63,988 bases of DNA from Paraspadella gotoi (Eukaryota; Animalia; Chaetognatha), in contig CM119268.1 of the NCBI GenBank assembly GCA_051294375.1, positions 18,680,615 to 18,744,602 of the forward strand. Direction: 5' to 3'. Shown here in pieces: positions 15,001 through 27,200 of this stretch. The first letter of the stretch is position 1. The number at the start of each line of letters is the position of its first letter. The position numbers were made by a program, and so were the translations under genes. The notes under the pieces are model-generated. The model had not been told where the DNA came from and ran no database searches. It worked only from the letters and a program-made list of their open reading frames with translations.

Positions 15001-17138
15001 TAGGCATAAAAATAATTAAAACATATTGTTTTTTTCTTTTTTTCTAATAAAAATTCCAGAAATAGATCGCGTATCTCTCAACAATAACAAGACGCCGCGA
15101 GACGTACGTGATAAATAATACCGTGCGAAAACCGAGGCGATAAAAATCGGCATAAACGATTACGATCTCGTACGCCAAAATCGCCATCTTTGAGTTTACG
15201 TTTAAAAGTGTGCCACAACTCCGCTTACATAAAAAAATTAGACAAACGAGAATAATTCGAAAACGGTTTCATTTTTTTACGTCAAAATCTGAACAAAAAA
15301 TTTCGAGTTAAGGTGGGGCTGCACTTACGAAAAGATTCGATAAATAAATAAATATAATTTAAAGATATTTTTTAAAACCCTACTTTCCAGTTACGATTTG
15401 AATATAAATAAATTTTACGTTGACCTAGTTGCAGATAAGAGGTTTAATAATATTATTTTAAATGATTCAATTGCTATACGTTAACTCAACACCTCATCCT
15501 AAACCACCCACCATCACTGTTCCACCCGACCAACCACTCCCCCCCCGAANNNNNNNNNNNNNNNNNNNNNNNNNCCACACCCCTTCCTACCTGACTCTCC
15601 AATCTGGAATTCTCTCGTCCAAGGAGGAAGACGCCGCCGTCGCCTCCGTCGCCGCCGTCGCGGGAGGCTTCTCCGACCCTTTAGGCTTGAGGTGTGCCAT
15701 GTCCAAGAGGCCAGCGGAGGCGAGGGGGCGTTCTCGTTCCACCGGCGCTCGACTTCCGGCGTCATTGGCGCCGGCGTTGACGCCAAGCAGCGCCAAGCGT
15801 CGAACCTCGGAAGTGGAACCGCGAAGAACAAGAGAGACAAGGACGTCGACGTAGACAACGCCCACCTATGGGACAAAGGGAGATGAGAATTGTCTTTTAT
15901 TGGACAAAGACGTGCAAAGAATAGACAAAACCAAGACAAAAACAAGGCAAAGACAAGACGGACAAAACGGACCTCCCATGGCCATTGGGCGACGCTCTTA
16001 TGCGCCAAGTGATCCAGACGCGAGAAGCGACTCTTCAACATCCGGAGACCGGAAGCAGATTCGTCGTCGTCGTCGTCATTCTTGTTGTCGTCCTCTTCCG
16101 TTTTAACGTCAACGCGGCGTGGGCGTGGCGAGCCGCTGAAAGAAGGCGACGAGAGGGCGTCGGCGTCCGTCGCGTCGGCGCCGATGTCGGTAATTACGTC
16201 GGCGAGGACGGTGGAGGAGACGGCGGCCATGGCGCTTTCGGCTTTGTCGGCAAAGTCCGGGGCTTCGGTTGTTAAAAGACCTAATTCAGGATTCGTCTTT
16301 TCTTCTCTTCTCGCGACGCCGAGGCCTTCGCCTTCATCATCCATTTCTAATCTTCTTTCTTTCTCACCTCCATTCTCCTCTCCTCCTCTTTCTTTTCTTC
16401 CTTCTTCCTCTCTTTTTTCCTTTCCTCCCTCAATTCCTCTTTCCTCCTTCTCTCTTCGATTAATGACGATCTTCACGTTTCCCGCCACAGAACGCCGACT
16501 CGCCGAAGCCGCCGTCGACGCCGTAGCGCCGCGAGATTCTAACAACGGGACGGCGCCGGTTGACGGCGCGGCGTCGGCGGCGCTGTCGGCGGTGTTTTCG
16601 TGGTCGTTGATGACAGAGACGTTAACGATCTCCTCCGAGGTGAAGGGACGGGTGAAGCCGCCCCCGATCTTTGAAGGGAAAGAGGCCGCCGCCGTGGATG
16701 TCGCTGCTGCCGAAACCGCAGCAGCAGCCGCAGCCGCAGTCGCCATCTCTGACAACGACGAAGAAGATGAAGCGTCACCCACTGCAGTTTTTAGGTCGAT
16801 GACGTAATTTTCGGTAGCAACACCGAACCCTGCTACATCTTGGGCTACATCTGGGGCTGCATCGGCTGCTGCATCTGCGGCGTAGTTCGTCTTCGATGAC
16901 ATCCTTTTCGGTGATGTTGGAAGAGGAGAGACATCGGCGCCACGAGAGGCCAAACGCGTCTTTAGGCCGGATCTGTCATCACGTAAGTAAATGTTAAAGA
17001 ATTTGATAAAAATAGTATGATTACACACTAAATAACGCTAAATTATTTAGCTACTTAATTCATAAACTCTCTAAAAAATTAAAAACGACAACCTTCTGAC
17101 ATTGACGATCCTCACATCCCCGACGTAACTCTCCGTCT

Positions 17139-17170
<32 letters not shown>

Positions 17171-17930
17171 TCGACAGGCAAAACTTCGAAAACGTTTTCG
17201 TCGGAAATCGAAGAGCGGGCGGTGAAGCGGGCAGAGGACGGAGCCGAAATTCGGGCGGTGGATCGGGCAGAAGATCGGGCAGAGTCACGGTCGGTGTCGG
17301 CAGAAGAAACGCGACTCGTTCGGGGGGAATTGACTTCGAGGAAATAATGATCAAGCGATTCTTGCACAGCGGGATCATCGGCGGCGACGGCGCTGGCGGT
17401 CGCGGAGGCGGCAGCGTCATCGTCTATTTCATCGTCGTCGGCGGCGTCACTTTTCTCTTCTGTCGAGAAAAAAAGGATTTGATCACTTATCACTTGATGT
17501 TATGGCGGGATATTCACACCGTCTAACATCAACTCACCAACTCCATTAAGCAAATCAGAGTGGGTACGCTACAGTTTACATTTAAAATATCAAATTATAA
17601 CAGTACGATTAATTATCCGACTCTCTTTTCCGAGAGTGCCCCATTTTTTTGTTTATTCAAGAATTTAATGAAATTGATACATCTAATATATTGTTAAATT
17701 TATAAACCAATCCTTAGACATAATCCCTCACCTTTACGTAATCCTGAACCGTAACTGTAAATAATAATCTTTTATGGCAACAAGCGGGTTGCCTGTTAAA
17801 TTATAACTTTTTACTCAAATTGGGGCGTTCTGGGAAAATAAGGCTTATGAGAAAATCCTCCACAATTAAAATCCTTGTTTACGTGTCCCACTTAATTCCC
17901 TTACCATCCGTTTTCAATGTCGTCGCGTCT

Positions 17931-17961
<31 letters not shown>

Positions 17962-20900
17962 TCTCTTCCTCTTCGTTGACGACGTCCAAACTCGATTTCG
18001 TCAAAAACGACGTCGATTGTCTACTCAAATCTTCCAGCGGCGCGCGGCGGTCTTCCGCAGCCGCCGCCGCCGCCGCCGCCCCGACGACTGGCGGATTACC
18101 CAGGACTCCGTTAACCGGAGTCGACGACGCAGCCGTCGAGGCGCACTTGGTGGGCGATTTCGAAAACGCGGCGTTCTTTTCGCTCTTGGGCGCCGGAATA
18201 GAAAAGGGCGTGGCCGGAGTCACGGGGCCGATGTCCGCCGAGCGATCTACGGACCTTTTAACGCCGCTACCTCCGCCGCCTCCGCTGCCAACGTCCTCTA
18301 CCGCCAGCTCTCTATCGACGGCATCCAAGATGCGCATTGAGGAGCCCTCTTCATCGGCGGCGTTGGCGGCGCCGAAACGGTCCGTCCGCGTCGGAGACCC
18401 TTTCGCTCGGTCTGCCTCCCAACGACCGACGGCGTCGAATTCGGGGCGTCGACGAGCGTCTCGACGGGCGCCGGCGCCTGGTTTGGTTTTTAAGAGATTA
18501 AGATTAACAATAGCAAACAATAAATAACAAGCAATAATAAGGAAAAACAATAACAAATGACTAAAGTTAGGCGAAAGGATAGCTTGTATAGGTTGAATGC
18601 AAATCATTTTTTTAACAACAGAAGTGTTAACTAATGTATTACTCATAAATAGTATAAATTGCCACTGTTTCTCATGTATTTTATTTGAAAATTGACACCA
18701 TTCTAACCTGAAATCCCTGTCTAATAGTGTCTATATATAATATATATGATTTTTTTTTAAACGTCACCTGATCCGTTTAAAGCGTTGGATGACGAAAGAA
18801 GCGCCAATGAGCTCGTCGTTAATCTAGTCGTCGTTGTCGTCGTCGTCGGTGGCGTCCGTCGCTTTTCGTCGACGAGGCGTTCGAAAGTCTTCAACGAGTC
18901 GAGAAGTCGAGATGCGGACGGGGGTGGGCGTGCCGCGTCATACTCGTCCAGCGTCACGCCTTCGGTAGAGGAGGGATTTAGTAATACATTTTTGCAATGA
19001 AGTTAATTTTCAAATCTTTGGGATATATGCTTTCAATAAAAATTAAAAACATATAAAAATGAATTAGTGAAAAGTTTTAGTAACTTAATATAATATATCA
19101 TTATACTACTACACAATATCATATTCAATTAACTTTAAAATACAAAGACGAACCTTCGTCATCATCGTCGTCGCTCATGGCGAAGGTAGATTCGCTTCCG
19201 GTGGCTTCGACGTCCGTCGACCGTACCGACGCCGCCGATCCCGACCCGGCGTCACTGGCGCCATCGAACGACGCCGCGACCGAATCTTCGCTGCCCCTAA
19301 AGGCTCGCGAGGAGGCGCCGCTGACGTTCGACGACCCAAGGCTGGAGCCGCCATCGTCGTCCTCGACGTCGTCGTCAGCGTCGTCGGCGAGGCGCCCGAG
19401 ACGAGCGCGAGTAGAACGCCGTGGTGGCTTGGTGGCGGTGGCGGTAGCGGTGGCGATGGCGGTGGGGGCGGTTGGAGGTGGAAATAGGGTGGATGGGTCG
19501 CGTCGACGCTGGTTAGAAAAAAGGGCCAAAGAGGGCGCATGAGACTGGGTGATATGATTGTCAAACAAAAAAACATCAATCCTTCCAATTTGTACGACGA
19601 ATTTCCCTGTCGGATTCTATCGAAATGATAATATTCTATGTTTTTTAATCAATATTTAACTCGCTGGTTCCATTGTTGACTCTTTTCCATCGCCAATCAA
19701 AGAAATAATGCATTACTTCAATTCGCTCCTTCAACAACTCTTTACTACAGTCGGACTAATCCTTTCTCAAGCCAGTTCCTTGTCTCTCCAACCTTTCCTT
19801 CTTCGTCCGGTCTGCTGTCGGGTATCCCCAAGGCTCCGCAGGCCATCTTGTGCAACATGCGCAACACGACGATCTCTGACCGCGCGGCTTCGCCAAGAAT
19901 CTCCATGGCGACGATAGTGTTGACCCAAGTATCATCGAAGAGACCCTGACGGCAGAAGGCCGTCGCCATGAGGGCTTCCTGCATGAGGACGGAGAATTAG
20001 GAAAGAAGAAATGTCTTCATTTGAGTTTCAGCCTTAGTTTTTAGAGAGAAATATCCAGGAATGAATTTTGGAAATAATGTTTACTTAAAAGAATGAAATT
20101 ATGAAATGAAAAGAAGATTACTGGATATATAAATCTCTCAGTTCTTGGTTGGCATAGAAATATGTTCTGGATATTATTGTATAACCCCACACCTACCCAC
20201 CTCCACCCACCTGTAAATTCTCCCCCGCCGTCGCCGCCGCCCGCCAAACGTCCACCGCGTGCCACAACGCCGGCGATAGTCGATGCGCCTCTCGACTTCG
20301 CTCCTCCTCGTCGCCGATTTCGTTGAGGCGGCGTTGACGCCGGTGAGTCGCCGCCGCGAAGGAGACGGTGATAACGCCGGGCTGGAGAAAGGGCGCCGAG
20401 GAAGGAGCGGCGTCCCTTTTAGCGACGGCGCTGTCCGGAAAGAGCGGCGTCGGACCCTCGACGACCGGTTCCGGGGGATCTTCGACCTTTGTGATGGAAG
20501 AAAAATTAAGTGACTGGACTGACCATCAAATCATTTGGCCCACGAAACATTTAAAGCAAGTTAAAACAAACAAACAAACTAAAAACAAAAACAAAGTGAG
20601 CAACTGCTTCAGAAACGACGATGACGACGACGCCAACCAAAAACAAACAAACAACAACAACAACAACTCTCTCTGTCTCTCTCTTCCTCACTTTGCCCGG
20701 TGTCAACAACGAGGCGACGATTTTCTGTCCGACGCCACAAACGAAATGCACGGCCAAGAGGGCGTTGGGGTAGCGACTGTAGGCGACCCTCCAATCGGCG
20801 AACCCTTCCAAATAAGGGAAGAGGCGTCGCTTGTTGTCGACGAAGGCGTCGAGGTCGCCCGAGAGTTGGTGGAAGTAGAGCCGCTTGAAGATGAGTCGCG

Positions 20901-21143
20901 CCATGCGCAGGAGTTTGAGCTCCAGTTTTTAGGTAAGGCTGATGAGGGGGAGAAGAGAAGGGGAGGAGGGGAAGGGGAAGAGGGGAGAGAAGAGAGGGAG
21001 GAGGGGAAGGGGAAGAGAGGGAGAGAAGAGAGGGGAGGAGGGGAAGAGGGAGAGGAAAATGAGGGAGGAAATTCTTGAATTCGAAAGACTATGTGGATTG
21101 AACTGTGGAGAGAGAAGAGAGAAAGAGAGAGAGAGAGAGAGAG

Positions 21144-21189
<46 letters not shown>

Positions 21190-21236
21190 AAGAAAGAAAG
21201 AAAAAGAAAGAAAGAAAGAAAAGAAGAAAGAAAGAA

Positions 21237-21272
<36 letters not shown>

Positions 21273-24200
21273 GAGAAAGAGAGAAAGAAAGAGAGACAGA
21301 GGAACATAAATTATCATTAAAATTGAAATAAAACGCTCGTGTTTCAGAACAAATAAAACAATATGCCCGTATTTAAATTTTATCTTGTTTCGTCTTCCCT
21401 CTCACTCGAATTTGAAAGAAATAAGTAAACAAGTTGGAGCAAACAATGTCGAATCTGCCTACGATAATAAAGAGGTAATCAGCTCATCAGATGATAAATC
21501 ATGATAATTCTTTCAATTTGTGATCCTAAATGATCAAATCAGAACTGTTCTTAAGGTACAAACAACTATTTTTTTAACTATAATCATTTTTTCAACTTGC
21601 AACATTTTTTCAATTTGCATCATTTTTTCAACCGGCATAATTTTTTTAACTTGCATCATTTTTTAAACTCGCATCAATTTTTAAACTTGCATCATTTTTT
21701 AAACTTGCATCATTTTCTCAACTCTCATCAGTTTTTTAACTTGCATCATTTTTTACAACTCGCATCATTTTTTCAACTCGCATCAATTTTTTAACTCGCA
21801 TCATTTTTTAAATTGGCATAATTTTTTCAACTGGCATCATTTTTTTAATTTGCATAATTTTTGTAACTTGCATCATTGTTTTAACTTACATCATTTTTTA
21901 AACTTGCATAATTTTTTCAATTTGCATATTTTTTGGACCGACGGACCAACACAGTAAACTATAGAGTCGGGATCTGCTGAGGAGGAGATCCGACTAAATA
22001 AAAAGATCGTAATTTTTTTTTCTTTATTTAACAGTCAAGTGTGGAGGTATATTCACACAGCCTTACGTCCAGTCTCATTGGCTCAAAGGGGGAACGCGCC
22101 ATCCCAGGCTTTACGTTCAATCCACAGTCCTAACGCCTACCCTCTTCGTTGGCAAAGCGAGACCGTCCTAGGGTAACCGCGCCAGTGACAGGAGGCGTCA
22201 ATAAGGGTCGGAAACCTTCAAAGCCAACAGTGAGATGTCCCATCTCAGTAGGCATCCCGGATGTTGCCATACATTATTTTTTTTACTTTTTTTTTATTAA
22301 GCAATGCTTAATGCTTAATGAGAGCAATCGAGATTCGTCGATTCCATTTCCGCGGCGTTTGCCCGATCCTCCGGTCCGTTTTCCATTCTCGAAGGGTTGA
22401 AAGTCCTTTGATGTTAGAATTCCGGTTCTATTCTTTACCGAATTTTAATTGGCTAGAAACCCTTTACCCTTTCAAAGCAGTAATTAGTGGTGTTAAGCTT
22501 GATATGCTTGTCAAGCAAGGTGCTTCAACCTTATTCGAACCTCGGAAAAAATTTATTTATCATTATTTCTTCTTTTCACAGATGAATTTGCGTCTTTTTG
22601 ACGGGATGATCTGCGCTACTTTAATTCCGATTCTTCTTCTGCTGAACATAAGCTTCGTCGCCAGCGACTGCCTTCTCAGCTCTTGGTTCGACAAAAATGC
22701 GCTCAACGTACAAAACTTCACAGTTTTTCACGCTCACTGGGCAGGCACGGACGTTCAGTCACCCAAAAAGGGATGCACAACTCTCACGCGAAACATAATG
22801 TTTCACGCTACAGTCAAATGGAAAAATAGGAAATATCTCCTCAGGGACTTTTTTCAACGAGATTCCAATAAATCTACTTCCGAAATCAATTTTTACAATC
22901 TCGGAATCGAAAGACTGGAGAACGGATTTCTCTATGACTTTCCCTTCCTCAAACAAGTTGGATTTACACAAAATTCCATCAGTTTTATCGGCGTCGATGC
23001 TTTTAAAGATTCAGCCTTGGAAGTGATTGGTTTAGATCACAATAATGTCACGGAAATCACAACGCAATTCACAAATCTCACAACCCTTCGTCATTTGCGG
23101 ATGAGATGTAACGATTTGAAACGAGTTTCCTCAAACGCTTTCCAAGGAACAAATCGTTTATCGCGGTTGTACTTGACCTGTAACTGGATAATTACGACGT
23201 CGTTTCTTCAGTCTTTGTCAAGAGTCAAAAAGTTTACTATTGAGTTCGGCGGAGATGCCTCTACGTCACGAGTATCCTTTCCGAACTTCACAAGACTGAG
23301 GGACATTCAGATTTATTTCGTTAGAAGAACAAATTTGTCATTTTTACACGGACGTCACGACACAATAAAATCTCTGAGAGTAACGGGAATGAAGGCTTTA
23401 ACTGAAAATTTTTTCTCAAATATGACAATAATTAAATTTATTGATATAAGGCGAGGAACATTGGTGAGTTTAACTAAAAATCTTCTCAGGAATTTATCAT
23501 ACCTAAGCCATCTTACTCTGAAAGAAATGGGCATAACACATATAGAAAAGGGATCGTTCATTGGGACGAAGTCGTTAAGATCGTTGCGGTTAAACCAAAA
23601 CGCCATCGGTCAGATAAATAAAACAACCTTTGAACATCTTAAATATCTGAAAAGCTTAGATTTAAGTGAAAATGTTATTCAAACAATACATCCGAATGCC
23701 TTCTCTGTACTTGAAAGCATTAAATTTATTAATTTAGGCTTTAATCTAATCAAACATTTAAACGAATTACTTTTCACTAAATTACCATTGCTACAAAATT
23801 TAATTTTAGAAGGAAACAGATTAAAAACTTTATCCATACCCGCAGATAATTCTATTACCTTCCTTAACTTGGACAATAACTCTTTCTCAGAAATCAATGT
23901 GGCTCTTATGAGTAACCTTACCAATCTTCTTTACTTTTCTATTTTGCAAAACCCATTGACTAGAATTCCTAAGTACTCTTTCAAAAAGAGTTTCTTAAAA
24001 GATATCAATTTCGGTTGCTGCTCCCGAGAGTTTGTCGATAAGTCTCAAAGTGAGAAGGAAAGATATTGTCACAATGTTTCAATGAAAATAGACAAAAATG
24101 CCCTCAGGCTAAATGATTATTTCCGATCGGGTCGTAAGTTGACCCGTTTGTCCATACTTGGTTGTGCAACTCCTTTAGAAGACACAATAGAGAATCTGAA

Positions 24201-27200
24201 CTCTGTAGACAGCATGCTTGAAATCATAACCTCGCAGTTTCAAGCTCGGTGGAATGATTGGAAAAGCTCCTTGGGGATTTTGCGACTAAACAGTTATGGG
24301 AATGAAGCCGTGTTTGACCTCTCGGAAAACGACATCCGCATAGTTAAATTTAGACAGTTTTCTTCTTTGACCGCTAAAGTTTTAGATCTTTCAAACAATC
24401 ATATCAGATACATTGCTCCGAATGCTTTCACTGACAGCAGTATAGCGCATATCAAGTTAAATGGAAATAATTTAGTTACGATATATTTGGACTTCAACAA
24501 AATTGCACCCGACATATTTCAACACATTGACGCATTTAACAATAATTTAACATTTTTTTATGTAAACTCACTGCGAAATAATGTGAAAGCATTCATCTCC
24601 ATAGATCTAAGCAAAAATCAAATTAAAAGATTTAGGGATGTTGGGATATTTGGATTTTCTTATGTCAAGACTTTAAATCTCAGTCAGAATAATATAAGTC
24701 AATTTTCATCGAATTCATCTATATTAAATATATCAACCGTAGAATCGATTGACGTTTCCCACAACCACTTGAAAGAACTACCACCCGAGATAACCTTTTT
24801 AAAAGATACTAAAATCATTGCTAAGGGTAACAATTGGGATTGTAACTCATGTTTCCAGGCTTATCTCTTTTCGCACGTAATTTTGTATCAGTCAATGGAG
24901 GACTTTAATTGCTTTTCTACTCAGACACTTCATGAATACGTTCAAGTTTGCAACATTGAAGAATATTATATACCGTATGGGTTTTTGGTCATAGTCTGCA
25001 TTATGATTTTAATAAAATTAATTCATTCTTTGAATATCTTAAGATTAAAAAAGAAATACAAAGTTTGTGAACTCGTTCCACTTGGCACTTTTAGGAAAAG
25101 AAAAGAATTTGTTAAGAAGTCATCGCGACATCAAATGATAAGTCATAGTAATATTATAAATCTTCGCAATTTCTCTACCGAATTCAGCTTTAAGTATTTT
25201 ATCAAAGGGTATTCTTTCGTTGAACGAGCGTTATGCAACCTTCAGCAAGGACTTGAAATTTCCGATACAGGTCAAATAGTCTATGACAAAGACCAATTAT
25301 GCAAGCAGCTTCTTAGAGGTTTGGCATTCCTGCATTCGTTGTCGCCGCCAATTTTTCATTTGGGTTTGTCCTTAGACTCTATATTCCTCTGTGGATCTTT
25401 TGAAAACCTTACTCTAAAAATTGGTAATTTTGGAGAATGTCTAACAGCTGATGATATAAAAAAATTAGGATGCGTCAAAATAAGTCGCATTCGTTGTTAC
25501 GATCTTGAATGCGCTTCCGAGATTATCAAAACGATTCAACAAAATCTGACGGTTGAATTCAAAGTATTGTGTCGTGCTCTCAGCAAAGGACTAGACGCAA
25601 CGAAAGCCCTTGAAACACCAGCTTTTCAGCCTGTGAGCGATAAATTCGTGTTGCTCAACAAGTTAAACAATCTCCTCAAAGATATGAGACTCAAAAGAAA
25701 CAATTCTGTAAACGAAATTGAAGAAAAATCTACTTTGATCATTGGCGGACAAGGATCGTGGAACAAATTATTTGATTCTAAAATGTTATATACATTCGGA
25801 ACTCGTACTAATGGCTACAGAATCACGAAATGCATTGACTTGATTAGGTTCATCAGAAACATCATCGAGCACGCAGAGGAAGAAAAGACAACCATGAAAA
25901 ATACTTTAGGAGTGGAGGCCCCAAAGCCTGAAGAGTTGTACAGATACTTTTCAGAAAAATTTCCCTACTTTTTTCTCTTTGCTATTTACATATATGACAA
26001 ACTCGAAAATACATTGAGCGTAGAGAAAAATATTTATTTTGAAGAGTTTTCAAACCTGCTCAATGAAATGACCGAAAATTTGTCCGAAGAAGTGAGCCTG
26101 CAACCACTGCTGCTAAAAAACACCGTGCAAGTTACCTTCTTGAACTTTGACCCCCGCACTCGGTATTTGGCAACCGTTGAGAAATCCTTGCAATTCTCGA
26201 TGAATGAACCGAAAACCAAAGTTGACGGAAGCCTCGTGGCAGAGATGATTGTCAAGGATGTTGAGTGTCTCTGGCCAGGAACACCCAAGGAGAGTTTATC
26301 CGCGTTGACCGAGCAAGGGTTCGACCTCTTTGAAACGAGCAATCCCTCGATTCCAGTTTTGGAAGGGTCGGAGGTTCGCGTCTCCAAGATGCAGTGCCTC
26401 GTCCGCTCCGATCAATTCCCGGACGATAAAGGATTCCATTTTCTCTTCGACTTTAAAAGGAAGTTCAACGTCAAAGCTCTCAAGGCAAATTACATTCAGT
26501 GCCTTGCGGCCCAAGTTGGAATTAAGGTCCCGACCGATCAGCTGAAGATCTCTCTGAATGGACGTCTTGTCAAGGACAATGACAAAATACTTTTATTGGA
26601 ATTTTCGAAATATCCCTTCCTCGTTGAAGTACTTTGTGCTCACTGAAGATGACCAACAATATCTAATACGTAATCCTGTATTAACCTCGATTCTGGGTTT
26701 TAAACTGTCTCGGTGATTTGACTCTTTTTAATTTTGACACAATGCTTCACGAATTTTGTATTACTTTTCCTAAGTGGAACCCCCTAATGGAACCCTTTCC
26801 CTATCATTTGGTGTTTAATTTATAATCGTCGTTAAGACAAGAGTTTTTGACTTTGTATGATTTCCTTTTTTTCCATATATGTTTTCGAGAAAACTTTGAT
26901 TTGTTTTTAAGATTTCATTTACATTTGGTATTTCGGTTTCACTTATTTTATTATTTTTTTTATTTTGGTATCCCTTTTGGTTTCTACTAAGATACAGCGC
27001 CATTTGTATACGTATATAAAGGGTTTTAAAAAAATTATATTTCTAATTTTAAACTTCATAATTTTGTCAACTTTTTTTCTAAAAGTTTCTCCATTTTAGG
27101 TCAGCCAACCTGCATCATGCTATCCGTTCTTAGCCAATACAGGGTCGCCTCGGCCAAGTAGAAGAGAGTGGGGATGTGATCAGCGCTGACCTCAGCCGAG

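Noticed and set aside
16082-18527. Plus-strand ORFs of 241 and 235 aa
   Set aside because: They are antisense shadows of GC-rich TMEM232 exons.
20942-21331. ER/RE/SL/FL-rich ORFs here and at 3638, 30180, 38682, 39140, 40898 and 59525
   Set aside because: These are translations of microsatellite or purine/pyrimidine tracts.
22318-22581. First 88 aa of the 1442-aa ORF-track call
   Set aside because: This stretch ends in a pyrimidine tract plus CAG just before ATG 22582, which begins a signal peptide. It is most likely intron that happens to be open.
25040-26646. Annotation as a canonical TLR, IRE1 or RNase L orthologue
   Set aside because: There are no TIR boxes, no IRE1 lumenal domain or active kinase, and no ankyrin repeats, so no gene symbol was given.
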